From contig JBDGRE010000016.1 of the NCBI GenBank assembly GCA_042218325.1, positions 1 to 43,095 on the forward strand: DNA of 43,095 bases. The letters run 5' to 3'. Below the pieces are notes generated by a model. That model made no database searches. It was not told where the DNA came from and saw only the letters and a program-made list of their open reading frames with translations. Source of the DNA: Candidatus Nanohaloarchaea archaeon. GTDB lineage: Archaea; Nanohalarchaeota; Nanosalinia; Nanosalinales; Nanosalinaceae. Position numbers and translations under genes: made by a program. Below are positions 18,505 through 26,139 of the stretch, piece by piece; the stretch's first letter is position 1, and each line of letters starts with the position of its first letter.

Positions 18505-18510
18505 AGCTTT

Positions 18511-19701
18511 GTGAAATTTCCCGATGTCGAGACCTCGGGCCTGAGAGGGAACATACCAAAGGTGTATGCTCTGAAGTTCCTGACAGGCTTCCTGCTGCTG
18601 ACGCCGATAATCGTGGTTTTCTGGCAGAAGAACGGCCTTAACATGACGCAGGTCATGCTGCTCCAGTCCCTTTTCGCGGTAGCAGTGGTGCTGCTCGAGG
18701 TGCCGACAGGTTACATTGCCGACACGTTCGGCCGGAGGAAGACGTTACTTTCCGCGGGTGTCTTCATGACGCTCGGGATGGCCGTCTACAGCCTCGGCCA
18801 TACGTTCCCTGAGTTCCTGCTGGGCGAGACTATCTGGGCGATAGGTGTATCACTCGTCTCCGGTGCCGACTCCGCGCTGCTGTACGACTCGCTGGTCGAA
18901 CTCGGCATGGAGGGAGAGTACCAGCGCCTCTGGGGTAATGCGACGTCGCTCCAGATGGTCGCGGCAGCAGCTGCAGCGATACTTGGAGGATTCCTCGGCG
19001 ACATATTCCTGCGTCTCACGCTTTACGCCCAGGTCCCGTTGATACTCTTCGCGATACCTGTGGCCTATAGCCTGAGGGAGCCTGAGCACCACCAGAGTGT
19101 GGAGGAGGAAGAGGCAGCAGGACTGAGAGAGATACTGGAGAGCGGTTTCCGGGACCGGAGCCTGAGGTGGCTGATGCTGTACGCCGCAGTTATAGGAGCT
19201 GGGCTGACGGCCTCCCTGTGGCTCTACCAGCCCTACTTCCAGCTGACAGGGCTGGATGTCGCTTCCTTCGGCCTGATATTCGCAGGCTTCAACATCGTAT
19301 CCGCCGCCAGCTCGAAGTACGCCTACCCTATAGAAGACCGGCTCGGGAAGAGGAACTCACTGCTCCTGCTATCCGGGCTGCTGGTGTTCAGCCTCGCAGC
19401 CATGAGCAGCTACGTCTACATCTTCAGCTTCGCCTTCATCTTCCTCCAGCAGTTGGCGCGCGGCTTCTCCCAGCCGGTGATATCCGACTACATCAACGAG
19501 ATGGTATCATCCAACCGGCGCTCCACGTTGCTGTCCGCGAAAAGCCTTCTCACCCGCATATCCTCCGCGGCCCTTATGCCCGGGATAGGTTACGTAACGG
19601 ACGTATTCAGCCTGACACAGGCCCTGTCGCTGCTGGCTGTGATAGTCATGGTTATGGCGTCGATGCTGGCGGTACTGATGTGGAAGGAAGGAGTGATCTG
19701 A
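18511..19701 (+). CDS. MFS transporter
   Basis: LEVPTG.IAD.FGRRK motif A, SGAD.ALLYD; about 12 TM helices. Confidence 0.93.
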   Translation: MKFPDVETSGLRGNIPKVYALKFLTGFLLLTPIIVVFWQKNGLNMTQVMLLQSLFAVAVVLLEVPTGYIADTFGRRKTLLSAGVFMTLGMAVYSLGHTFPEFLLGETIWAIGVSLVSGADSALLYDSLVELGMEGEYQRLWGNATSLQMVAAAAAAILGGFLGDIFLRLTLYAQVPLILFAIPVAYSLREPEHHQSVEEEEAAGLREILESGFRDRSLRWLMLYAAVIGAGLTASLWLYQPYFQLTGLDVASFGLIFAGFNIVSAASSKYAYPIEDRLGKRNSLLLLSGLLVFSLAAMSSYVYIFSFAFIFLQQLARGFSQPVISDYINEMVSSNRRSTLLSAKSLLTRISSAALMPGIGYVTDVFSLTQALSLLAVIVMVMASMLAVLMWKEGVI

Positions 19702-19743
19702 CCCGGTCCCTCATTTAAAAGTTTTTAGCGCGATACCGGATGT

Positions 19744-20151
19744 ATGGCAACAGCATACGACGTAGAAGCCGAGCCCCTCATCCAGGAGGTAGCGGAGGAA
19801 CTCGAAGACGAGTTCGAGGCGCCTGACTGGACGAACTACTCGAAGACTGGCTCGCACAAGGAAAGAACGCCAGACCAGGAGAACTGGTACCACATCAGGG
19901 CGGCAGCTATCCTGCGACGCATCTACCTCGACGGACCTCTCGGAGTCTCCCGGCTCAGGACGATTTACGGCGGCCGGAAGAACCACGGCCACGGACCGGA
20001 GCACCACGAGAAAGCCTCCGGCAAGGTCATCAGGACCGCTCTCCAGAACCTGGAGGAAGCGGATCTGGTGGAAGAGGAAGAAGGAGAGGGCCGCGTCATC
20101 ACCGACAGGGGCAGGAGCTTTCTCGACGGAAAAGCCTCGGAAGTAGCCTGA
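19744..20151 (+). CDS. rps19e: 30S ribosomal protein S19e
   Basis: P.W....KTG.HKER.P....W..IRAAAILR, G.G...L...YGG, SG.VIR..LQ.LE. Confidence 0.98.
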   Translation: MATAYDVEAEPLIQEVAEELEDEFEAPDWTNYSKTGSHKERTPDQENWYHIRAAAILRRIYLDGPLGVSRLRTIYGGRKNHGHGPEHHEKASGKVIRTALQNLEEADLVEEEEGEGRVITDRGRSFLDGKASEVA

Positions 20152-20161
20152 AACTGTCACG

Positions 20162-20482
20162 ATGGTAGACGACGAGGAGCTCGAAAAACTGAAGGAGGAA
20201 CGCCGCCAGGAGATAGAAGGCTCCGAGGACAGGGAAGACGCGGTCGAGGAGCAGCGCCAGCAGTTCAAGGAGATGGCCGCGAAACACCTGACGAAAGATG
20301 CGCGTTCCCGGCTCGGCAACATACGTGCCGCGAAACCGGAACTTGCTTCGAGCGTCGAGATGCAGATAGCCCAGCTCGGGCGTGCAGGGCGCGTAGACAA
20401 GATAACTGATGAACAGCTCAAGGACATACTTAAAGAGGTCCAGAAATCGGACGAGGACACAGATATAAAATTCAGGAGGTGA
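20162..20482 (+). CDS. PDCD5-family DNA-binding protein
   Basis: L...AR.RL.NI...KPELA..VE.Q..QL...G.....I.DEQLK.IL....I..RR; canonical position after rps19e. Confidence 0.95.
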   Translation: MVDDEELEKLKEERRQEIEGSEDREDAVEEQRQQFKEMAAKHLTKDARSRLGNIRAAKPELASSVEMQIAQLGRAGRVDKITDEQLKDILKEVQKSDEDTDIKFRR

Positions 20483-20492
20483 AAACAGAAAT

Positions 20493-20666
20493 ATGAGTTC
20501 TAACAAGTCAAGCGGGAAGAAGAAGCGGCTGGCCAAGGCCGCCAAGACAGCCAAGTCCGCGCCACGATGGGTTTCTCTCAAGGCGTTCGGGCTCGAGAAG
20601 GCACAGCACAAGTCCATCAAACCACGGAAGAGCCGTCACTGGAGACGGAACGACACCGACGAGTAA
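20493..20666 (+). CDS. rpl39e: 50S ribosomal protein L39e (57 aa; not in the ORF track)
   Basis: MSSNKSSGKKKRLAKAAKTAKSAPRWVSLK...RHWRRNDTDE; GGAGGTGA SD upstream; canonical synteny. Confidence 0.95.
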   Translation: MSSNKSSGKKKRLAKAAKTAKSAPRWVSLKAFGLEKAQHKSIKPRKSRHWRRNDTDE

Positions 20667-20669
20667 AGG

Positions 20670-21146
20670 ATGGCACGCTACACGGTCAATCTTTCCCGCG
20701 CAAGAGCATTTTCCCGCAGGAAGCGAGCCTCGAAGGCCATGAAGATCTTCCGCGAGAAGCTGGAGGAGCAGGAAGGCGAAGAAGTCTCTGTCAGCCCCGA
20801 GGTCAACTCCCGCATCTGGGAGAACGGCATCGAGAAGCCGCCCGCCAGGCTCGAGGTAGAGGTAGTAGAATCAGGTACAGGTCTCCGCGCTGTCCTGCCG
20901 GGAACTGAAGTAGAAGAACCAGAGCCCGAGCCAGAACCGGAGCCTGAACCCGAGGAAGAAGAGGAAGAAACAGGAGAGGAAACCGGCGAAGAGACAGACT
21001 ACGAGGAGATCGTCTCGGGCACCGTCGGAGAAGCCAAGGAAGCCGTAAAGGAGCTCGACAGTCCTGACTACGAGGCCATCCTGGAAGCGGAGAAGAGTGG
21101 CAAGGACCGCAAGACGCTGAAGAAGTGGCTCGAGTCGCAGATGTAA
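20670..21146 (+). CDS. rpl31e: 50S ribosomal protein L31e with Glu/Pro linker and extra C-terminal helical domain
   Basis: YTVNL......R.KRA.KA....R, VN..IW..GIEKPP; position between rpl39e and eIF6. Confidence 0.93.
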   Translation: MARYTVNLSRARAFSRRKRASKAMKIFREKLEEQEGEEVSVSPEVNSRIWENGIEKPPARLEVEVVESGTGLRAVLPGTEVEEPEPEPEPEPEPEEEEEETGEETGEETDYEEIVSGTVGEAKEAVKELDSPDYEAILEAEKSGKDRKTLKKWLESQM

Positions 21147-21148
21147 GG

Positions 21149-21796
21149 ATGATAGAACGCTACAACTACCGTGGAGAACCCTCCATCGGTTTCTACGCCA
21201 CGGTCACCTCCTCACAGGCCATCTTCCCTCCCGGGTTCAAGAGGAAGGACTTCTTCTACGTCGAACACGTCGAGACTTACATCGCCAAGACCCGGATGGC
21301 CGGGCTTTTCACCGCCGGCAACTCGAACTGTATCCTCGTGCCGGAGAACACGACAGGGAACGAGCGCGAGAAGCTGGAGGAGTCGCCGATTGAGTTTCAC
21401 GTTCTGGATTCACGGGAGAACGCGCTTGGCAACCTTGTGCTCGTGAACGATAAAGGCGCGGTCATCAGCGACAAGCTCGAGGACAGGAAACAGGAAATCG
21501 AGGACGCGCTGGAGGTGCCTGTGACAGTCGCGGAGGTCGCGGGTCTGCCTTCGCCGGGAGTATGTGCTGCGTGCACCAACCGTGGAGTTCTGCTTCACCG
21601 CGAGGCCAGCGAGGAAGACGCTGAAAAACTCAAAGAGGCGCTGGATGTCGAGGAGGTCGACATCGGAACAGTCAACCTCGGCTCGCCGTACATCGGCTCG
21701 GGACTCGCAGGCAACCGAGAAAGCATCCTTGTGGGAGAAGCCACTTCAGGCCCTGAGATAGGCCGTATCGATCGCACGCTTCATTTTCAGGAGTAG
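21149..21796 (+). CDS. eif6: Translation initiation factor 6 (aIF6)
   Basis: GNSN.ILVP, A.GNL.L.NDKGA, TN.G.L.H, GTVN.GSPY.GSG, TSGPE..RI. Confidence 0.96.
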   Translation: MIERYNYRGEPSIGFYATVTSSQAIFPPGFKRKDFFYVEHVETYIAKTRMAGLFTAGNSNCILVPENTTGNEREKLEESPIEFHVLDSRENALGNLVLVNDKGAVISDKLEDRKQEIEDALEVPVTVAEVAGLPSPGVCAACTNRGVLLHREASEEDAEKLKEALDVEEVDIGTVNLGSPYIGSGLAGNRESILVGEATSGPEIGRIDRTLHFQE

Positions 21797-21847
21797 CCCT
21801 GCTGCGTCCGCGTTGGGTTTAAAAAGTTCGTAGTCGCCGGGTAGGAT

Positions 21848-22024
21848 ATGCCAGCATTCAAGTTTTCCGGTAGTATAGAGCAGGGACGTGGAGAAAACCC
21901 GTTCGAGCGAGAGGTCGAGGCAGAATCTCTCAAGCACGCCCGCGACCAGCTCTACGCAGAGCTCGGCAGCGAGCACTCCGTTACCCGGAGCAAGATAACA
22001 ATCGAAGAAGAGGAGGAAGCCTAA
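21848..22024 (+). CDS. rpl18a: 50S ribosomal protein L18Ae/LX (58 aa; not in the ORF track)
   Basis: MPAFKFSG.......PFEREVEAES..HA....YA.LGS.H...R..I.I; TATA 22 nt upstream; canonical synteny. Confidence 0.93.
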   Translation: MPAFKFSGSIEQGRGENPFEREVEAESLKHARDQLYAELGSEHSVTRSKITIEEEEEA

Positions 22025-22026
22025 AT

Positions 22027-22449
22027 ATGCCAGGAGAACAGCAGGGACAGCAGCAGATGATGCAGCAGTACCAGCAGATACAGCAGCAGATGGAACAGGT
22101 AGAGGAGTTCCTAGAACAGGTCGATGACAACCTCGAAGAGCTGTCACAGACCATTGACGCGGTCGAAGACCTCGAAAACGTGGAGGATGGCAGACAGATA
22201 CTGGCCCGCCTCGGCTCAGGAGTCCTTGTAGCCGCGGAGATAAAGGATACCGAAAAAGTCATCACCAACATAGGTGGAGACGATTTCGAGGAGCGCGAAC
22301 TCGGCGCCGCAAAAGAAGTACTCGAGGGAAGGAGGAAAGACCTCGAGGGAACACAGGAAGAGCTGAACTCTACGATGCAGGAGCTGCAACAGGAGATGCA
22401 GAAGATGCAGCAGCAGTTCCAGCAGATGCAGATGGAAGAGCAGGGATAG
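22027..22449 (+). CDS. pfdA: Prefoldin alpha subunit
   Basis: Two coiled coils flanking L..LG.GV.V.A.I....KVI..IG beta-hairpins. Confidence 0.95.
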   Translation: MPGEQQGQQQMMQQYQQIQQQMEQVEEFLEQVDDNLEELSQTIDAVEDLENVEDGRQILARLGSGVLVAAEIKDTEKVITNIGGDDFEERELGAAKEVLEGRRKDLEGTQEELNSTMQELQQEMQKMQQQFQQMQMEEQG

Positions 22450-22450
22450 T

Positions 22451-22833
22451 TTAACTCTCTTCCAGTAGGACCTTCCCGGCGGAGGAGAGACCTATCAGCT
22501 CCTCCCGGTCTTTCTCTATACTTTCGAGGTTCTCTCTGGCAATCCTCCATTTAAGGGAGGAAAGTTCATCGGGGCTGAAGCTCCTGTATACCTGATGCGC
22601 ATCAAACCATATCTGTAAAGCCCTACAACGTTTCTCGGAGAGTTTATCTCTGATTTTTGCCGGTAATCTTGGACTTCTTCCTCATCCAGCCCGTTCTCCA
22701 TCAGGCCGTTGTCAGCTTCCCACATGATATGCTTCCTGTAGAAAGTAAGTATATTCCTGTACTCGTTGACCTCGCTGGAAAGTCTATCCGCGTAGTGGGA
22801 AAGCTCTCGCAGTTCGTCGTTTGGGCGATTCAT
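22451..22833 (-). pseudogene. Hypothetical gene with a probable single-base frameshift at an A5 run (22654-22658)
   Basis: Adding one A joins MNRPNDEL...EEEVQDYRQK to IRDKLSEK...ENLESIEKDREELIGLSSAGKVLLEES* (127 aa), filling the gap up to pfdA. Confidence 0.6.
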
Positions 22834-22884
22834 ATTACGAGAGCTCCTGTAGAGTTTTTAAAGCGTGACGGGATAGTCTCCTCT

Positions 22885-23763
22885 ATGCTCGACAAATTCA
22901 AGGACTCTGTCAAGGATTTCTCCGACAACGTGAAGTCCGCGGTCGCTGAGAAAGAGCTGGACGAAGACACGCTCGAACCGCTTCTGGATGACCTGCGGCT
23001 GAAGCTTCTGCAGAACAACGTGTCGCTTGAGGCCGCGGAGGCCATCGAAGACGAGCTCCAGGAGCAGCTGCTCGGTGAGAAAGCCAGGCGGGGCAGCGCG
23101 GAAGAAAAAGTCGAGGAAGCCGTGAAGCAGACACTTCTCGACCTGCTCGACGACAGCTTCGATTTCGAGGAACAGCTTGATAGGGCGGAGAAGCCGCCGT
23201 TGGTTTTCCTTGTCGGGTTCAACGGCTCGGGCAAGACCACGACTGCTGCGAAGCTCGCGGACTACCTCGACCGCGAGGTGGTGCTCGGCGCCGGGGACAC
23301 TTTTAGAGCGGCGTCGATCGAGCAGCTCGAGGAGCACGGCGAGAACCTCGGCGTGAAGGTTATCTCACACGAGTACGAGTCCGATCCGGCAGCTGTCGCG
23401 TACGACGCGGTGGAGCACGCGGAGAAGAACGGCAAGATCGCGGTTATAGACACCGCGGGCCGCTCACACTCCGACAGGAACCTGATGGGTGAGCTCGAGA
23501 AGATGATAGACGTAAACGACCCCGACATCACGTTCTTGGTGGTCGACGCGCTGGCCGGTAACGACGTGCTGGAACAGGCAGAGGCATACGAGGGCATGTT
23601 CGAGGCAGTCATCATCACCAAGATGGATGTCGACGAGAACGGCGGCGCTATAATCTCTATCTCGCAGAAAAGCGGGAAACCGGTTGCGTTCCTCGGCACA
23701 GGGCAGGGTTACGATGACATCGAGGAGTTCGACAGGGAAGAGTTCGTAGATAGTCTATTATAG
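22885..23763 (+). CDS. ftsY: SRP receptor FtsY (NG domain only)
   Basis: G.NGSGKTTT.AKLA, DTFRAA.IEQL, DTAGR, TKMD, GTGQ.Y.D; TATA 22 nt before ATG 22885. Confidence 0.97.
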   Translation: MLDKFKDSVKDFSDNVKSAVAEKELDEDTLEPLLDDLRLKLLQNNVSLEAAEAIEDELQEQLLGEKARRGSAEEKVEEAVKQTLLDLLDDSFDFEEQLDRAEKPPLVFLVGFNGSGKTTTAAKLADYLDREVVLGAGDTFRAASIEQLEEHGENLGVKVISHEYESDPAAVAYDAVEHAEKNGKIAVIDTAGRSHSDRNLMGELEKMIDVNDPDITFLVVDALAGNDVLEQAEAYEGMFEAVIITKMDVDENGGAIISISQKSGKPVAFLGTGQGYDDIEEFDREEFVDSLL

Positions 23764-23959
23764 AACCTCGGCATAGATATGTTCTCTTGCGTCGATCCTT
23801 TTCCTCTCGAGTTCGCGTGACAGTAGTATGGCAGGGGGCATCTCGTTCTTGTAGTCACCCTGAGGCATCAAGGCTCTGGGTATAAGAGATATCTTTGCTT
23901 CTGGAGCCGTATTCCCAGAGTTTTTTCCTCTATAGCTGGTCCTCCGGGTCGCCTGACAT
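23758..23959 (-). pseudogene. Possible degraded gene or 36-aa small ORF
   Basis: ATG 23959 meets TAG at codon 10; ORF 23868-23758 (MPQGDYKNEM...HIYAEVL) ends overlapping the last codons of ftsY. Confidence 0.3.
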
Positions 23960-23997
23960 GAAATCCTTTACCTTGCCTGCCTCGCTCGCAGTTCTCA

Positions 23998-24339
23998 TCA
24001 GCTGAACGCAGTCTGGCTGTCGAGGCGTTCCTCCATCGACTTCTCCAGCTCCTTGAGCTTGGACTTGAGTGGCTCGAGGTCTTCCTGGAACTCGTCCATC
24101 TTTATCTGCTTCCCGCTGCTTCTCTTCTTGATCCTGTCCTTTCTCATCGTGGAAAGCAGGTGGTTGACCTCTGCGACCAGCTGCTCGTACTCCTTGAGCT
24201 GCGCCTCGATGTAGGATATCTCCTGCCGGAGTTCGTCCCTCAGCTCGTCTACTGCTTCGTCTTTTACCTCTCGCTTGAGCTGCTCTTTTTCGACCCCAAA
24301 CTGCTTCCGGACCGTCCTGTAAAACTTGTCCATTCCCAT
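23998..24339 (-). CDS. Hypothetical coiled-coil protein
   Basis: Heptad-rich, charged 113 aa ORF with upstream TATA-like element near 24369-24383. Confidence 0.8.
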   Translation of the reverse strand: MGMDKFYRTVRKQFGVEKEQLKREVKDEAVDELRDELRQEISYIEAQLKEYEQLVAEVNHLLSTMRKDRIKKRSSGKQIKMDEFQEDLEPLKSKLKELEKSMEERLDSQTAFS

Positions 24340-24402
24340 CGCGGTAAACCTGTATTTACTACTTGCTCCTAAAACTCTTTTAAGCTTTTTGTGTCGGTGG
24401 TG

Positions 24403-24924
24403 TCAATCCTGCTCGGCAAGAGGTTCAGGGATTATAACGCCGAGGTCGCGAACCTGGTTCTGCTCGTAGAACCTGGCGGTCACCGCACCCAGCATCGCGT
24501 CGAACTGTTCAGCGTTTTCGATACCTGAGGAATCGATGCCGTACGACCTGAGCGCGTCTTCGCCGTTTATCGCGAGCTCGTCAGCGGTTATCTGCGGGTC
24601 GAACCTTATGACCTCGGGCTGCTCCGCGCCGAGCTCCTCGAACAGCCGGGCCTTCAATGCCTCGATACGCCGCACCTTCTTGGTCTCGTGGGAGTTCGGG
24701 GTGAAGCTGTAGCCTTCCTCCCGGAGCTCTTCCTCTTGTTTTGTGAACTCGTCCTTCGATACCTTCACGCCTACATCGACTGCGATTACCTCCGGCTGTT
24801 TCTCCTCGATGAGTTCTATTATCTCGTCGTTGGTTCCTGCCGAGCAGCACTTTACCTCCTCCCCGAGGAATACTACGCATGTGTCTTCGTCCACGGTATC
24901 CTTGAGTATGATACCTGCGTTCAT
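24403..24924 (-). CDS. DUF429/COG2410-like RNase H-fold protein, degenerate active site
   Basis: T.DEI......P.VIAVD, EL...G..F.P, VI...P, FDA...A.TA..Y, I.P pattern; GIIL in place of GIDL. Confidence 0.7.
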   Translation of the reverse strand: MNAGIILKDTVDEDTCVVFLGEEVKCCSAGTNDEIIELIEEKQPEVIAVDVGVKVSKDEFTKQEEELREEGYSFTPNSHETKKVRRIEALKARLFEELGAEQPEVIRFDPQITADELAINGEDALRSYGIDSSGIENAEQFDAMLGAVTARFYEQNQVRDLGVIIPEPLAEQD

Positions 24925-25712
24925 TTCTGCACCTTCAGCTCGAACTCCTTCAGTGAGCGGTTCTTCTCCCGGGTTTTCGAGACCTTCCTGCGCTCTACGA
25001 AACCTTCGAGCGTTGACAGGAAGTCCAGTACCGCCTTGTTGTATTCCTGTGGCTTCTCGTAGAAACTGAAAGTTCCCGCGCCCCTGATGACGCTTATCGA
25101 CACCCCTGGCTTCAGCTCTCTCGCGGTCTCCAGCGACGAGAACGGGTCGGACTGGGCGTGGATCACCAGCGCGTTCTTCACTGGCTTCCTGACACGGAAA
25201 CCGTTCCGGAAGGAACTGTACTCGCTGTACTCAGGACATTCCACATCTTCAAGGAACTGTTTGACGACCTGGTACTCTGTCAGGCTCGAGAAGAACAGCT
25301 TCTTGAATATCTTCGGTTCACGCTTGAAAGCCTTCGTCAGGAGGCTGTAAAGCTGTCTCGGAAGGCCCATACTGTGGTCGCGGGCTCCTGTCATGACCGT
25401 GGCCACGACCTCCTCCCTGTACTCGAGTTCTCTCGCCAGCCTGTTGCCGAGACCCTGTGACACGAGCACCGCGTTGTCTATGTGATCCTGCTCCAGCAGT
25501 TCCTCCATCAGAGACATCTGGTCGCTGTAATCCCTGCTCTCCATGCACTCGTACGTCACCGTCCGGAAGTTTTGCGAGAAATAATTGGTCTGGTGGCTCC
25601 ATATCGAGGAGTCGAACACACCGGGAAGGAAGACGAGCTGGAGGCTCGAATCGGTTTCAGACTCGTAGTACCGGGTTTTCTGGCTCCCGAAAGTCTCTAC
25701 TGAGAAATCCAT
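24921..25712 (-). CDS. Alpha/beta-hydrolase-fold protein, degenerate catalytic triad
   Basis: LVFLPG...S..W..Q...F...FR...Y, LVIHA.SD, I.GAG.....EKP..YN..V.DFL. Confidence 0.85.
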   Translation of the reverse strand: MDFSVETFGSQKTRYYESETDSSLQLVFLPGVFDSSIWSHQTNYFSQNFRTVTYECMESRDYSDQMSLMEELLEQDHIDNAVLVSQGLGNRLARELEYREEVVATVMTGARDHSMGLPRQLYSLLTKAFKREPKIFKKLFFSSLTEYQVVKQFLEDVECPEYSEYSSFRNGFRVRKPVKNALVIHAQSDPFSSLETARELKPGVSISVIRGAGTFSFYEKPQEYNKAVLDFLSTLEGFVERRKVSKTREKNRSLKEFELKVQK

Positions 25713-25752
25713 ATACCCTCCTGTCCCGCAAAATCTTTTATCCCTTTAAGCC

Positions 25753-26106
25753 GTGAAAAGGCCCGTGGACTACGGAAAAATATCTATCATGGTGTTGCTC
25801 GGCTCCATCGCGGGGCTATCAGGATACCTTGCGTACACGCGTTCCGGCGCGGGGGCCGCAGCAGTAGTGGTCTTCACGGTAGCCCTCATCCTTTTCCTCT
25901 TCACGACCGGGAAGAAGCGGGCCTGGGATAGCTTCATGCTGCTGACGAACCCGTTCTGGGCCGCTGTTTTCGCTTTCCTCGCCGGCTTCAGCTACGCATC
26001 ACTCCAGGGCAGGGCTTTCGGCGACTCGCTTGTTTTCGCGCTCGGTGCAGGACTGCTCGGCGGAGCGCTCGGGATGTTCCTCTACAAGTACTGGAACATC
26101 GGCTGA
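25753..26106 (+). CDS. Small four-helix membrane protein
   Basis: Four hydrophobic segments; directly upstream of srp54. Confidence 0.75.
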   Translation: MKRPVDYGKISIMVLLGSIAGLSGYLAYTRSGAGAAAVVVFTVALILFLFTTGKKRAWDSFMLLTNPFWAAVFAFLAGFSYASLQGRAFGDSLVFALGAGLLGGALGMFLYKYWNIG

Positions 26107-26139
26107 TAGCACTTAAACCTTGGACACGCACATCCTGAT

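Noticed and set aside
22027-22449. CAG-rich Gln/Met tracts as a repeat element
   Set aside because: Low-complexity coiled-coil ends typical of halophile prefoldin alpha.
23930-23932. In-frame TAG as stop-codon recoding
   Set aside because: TAG, TGA and TAA all terminate conserved genes in this window, and read-through meets TGA 25 codons later.
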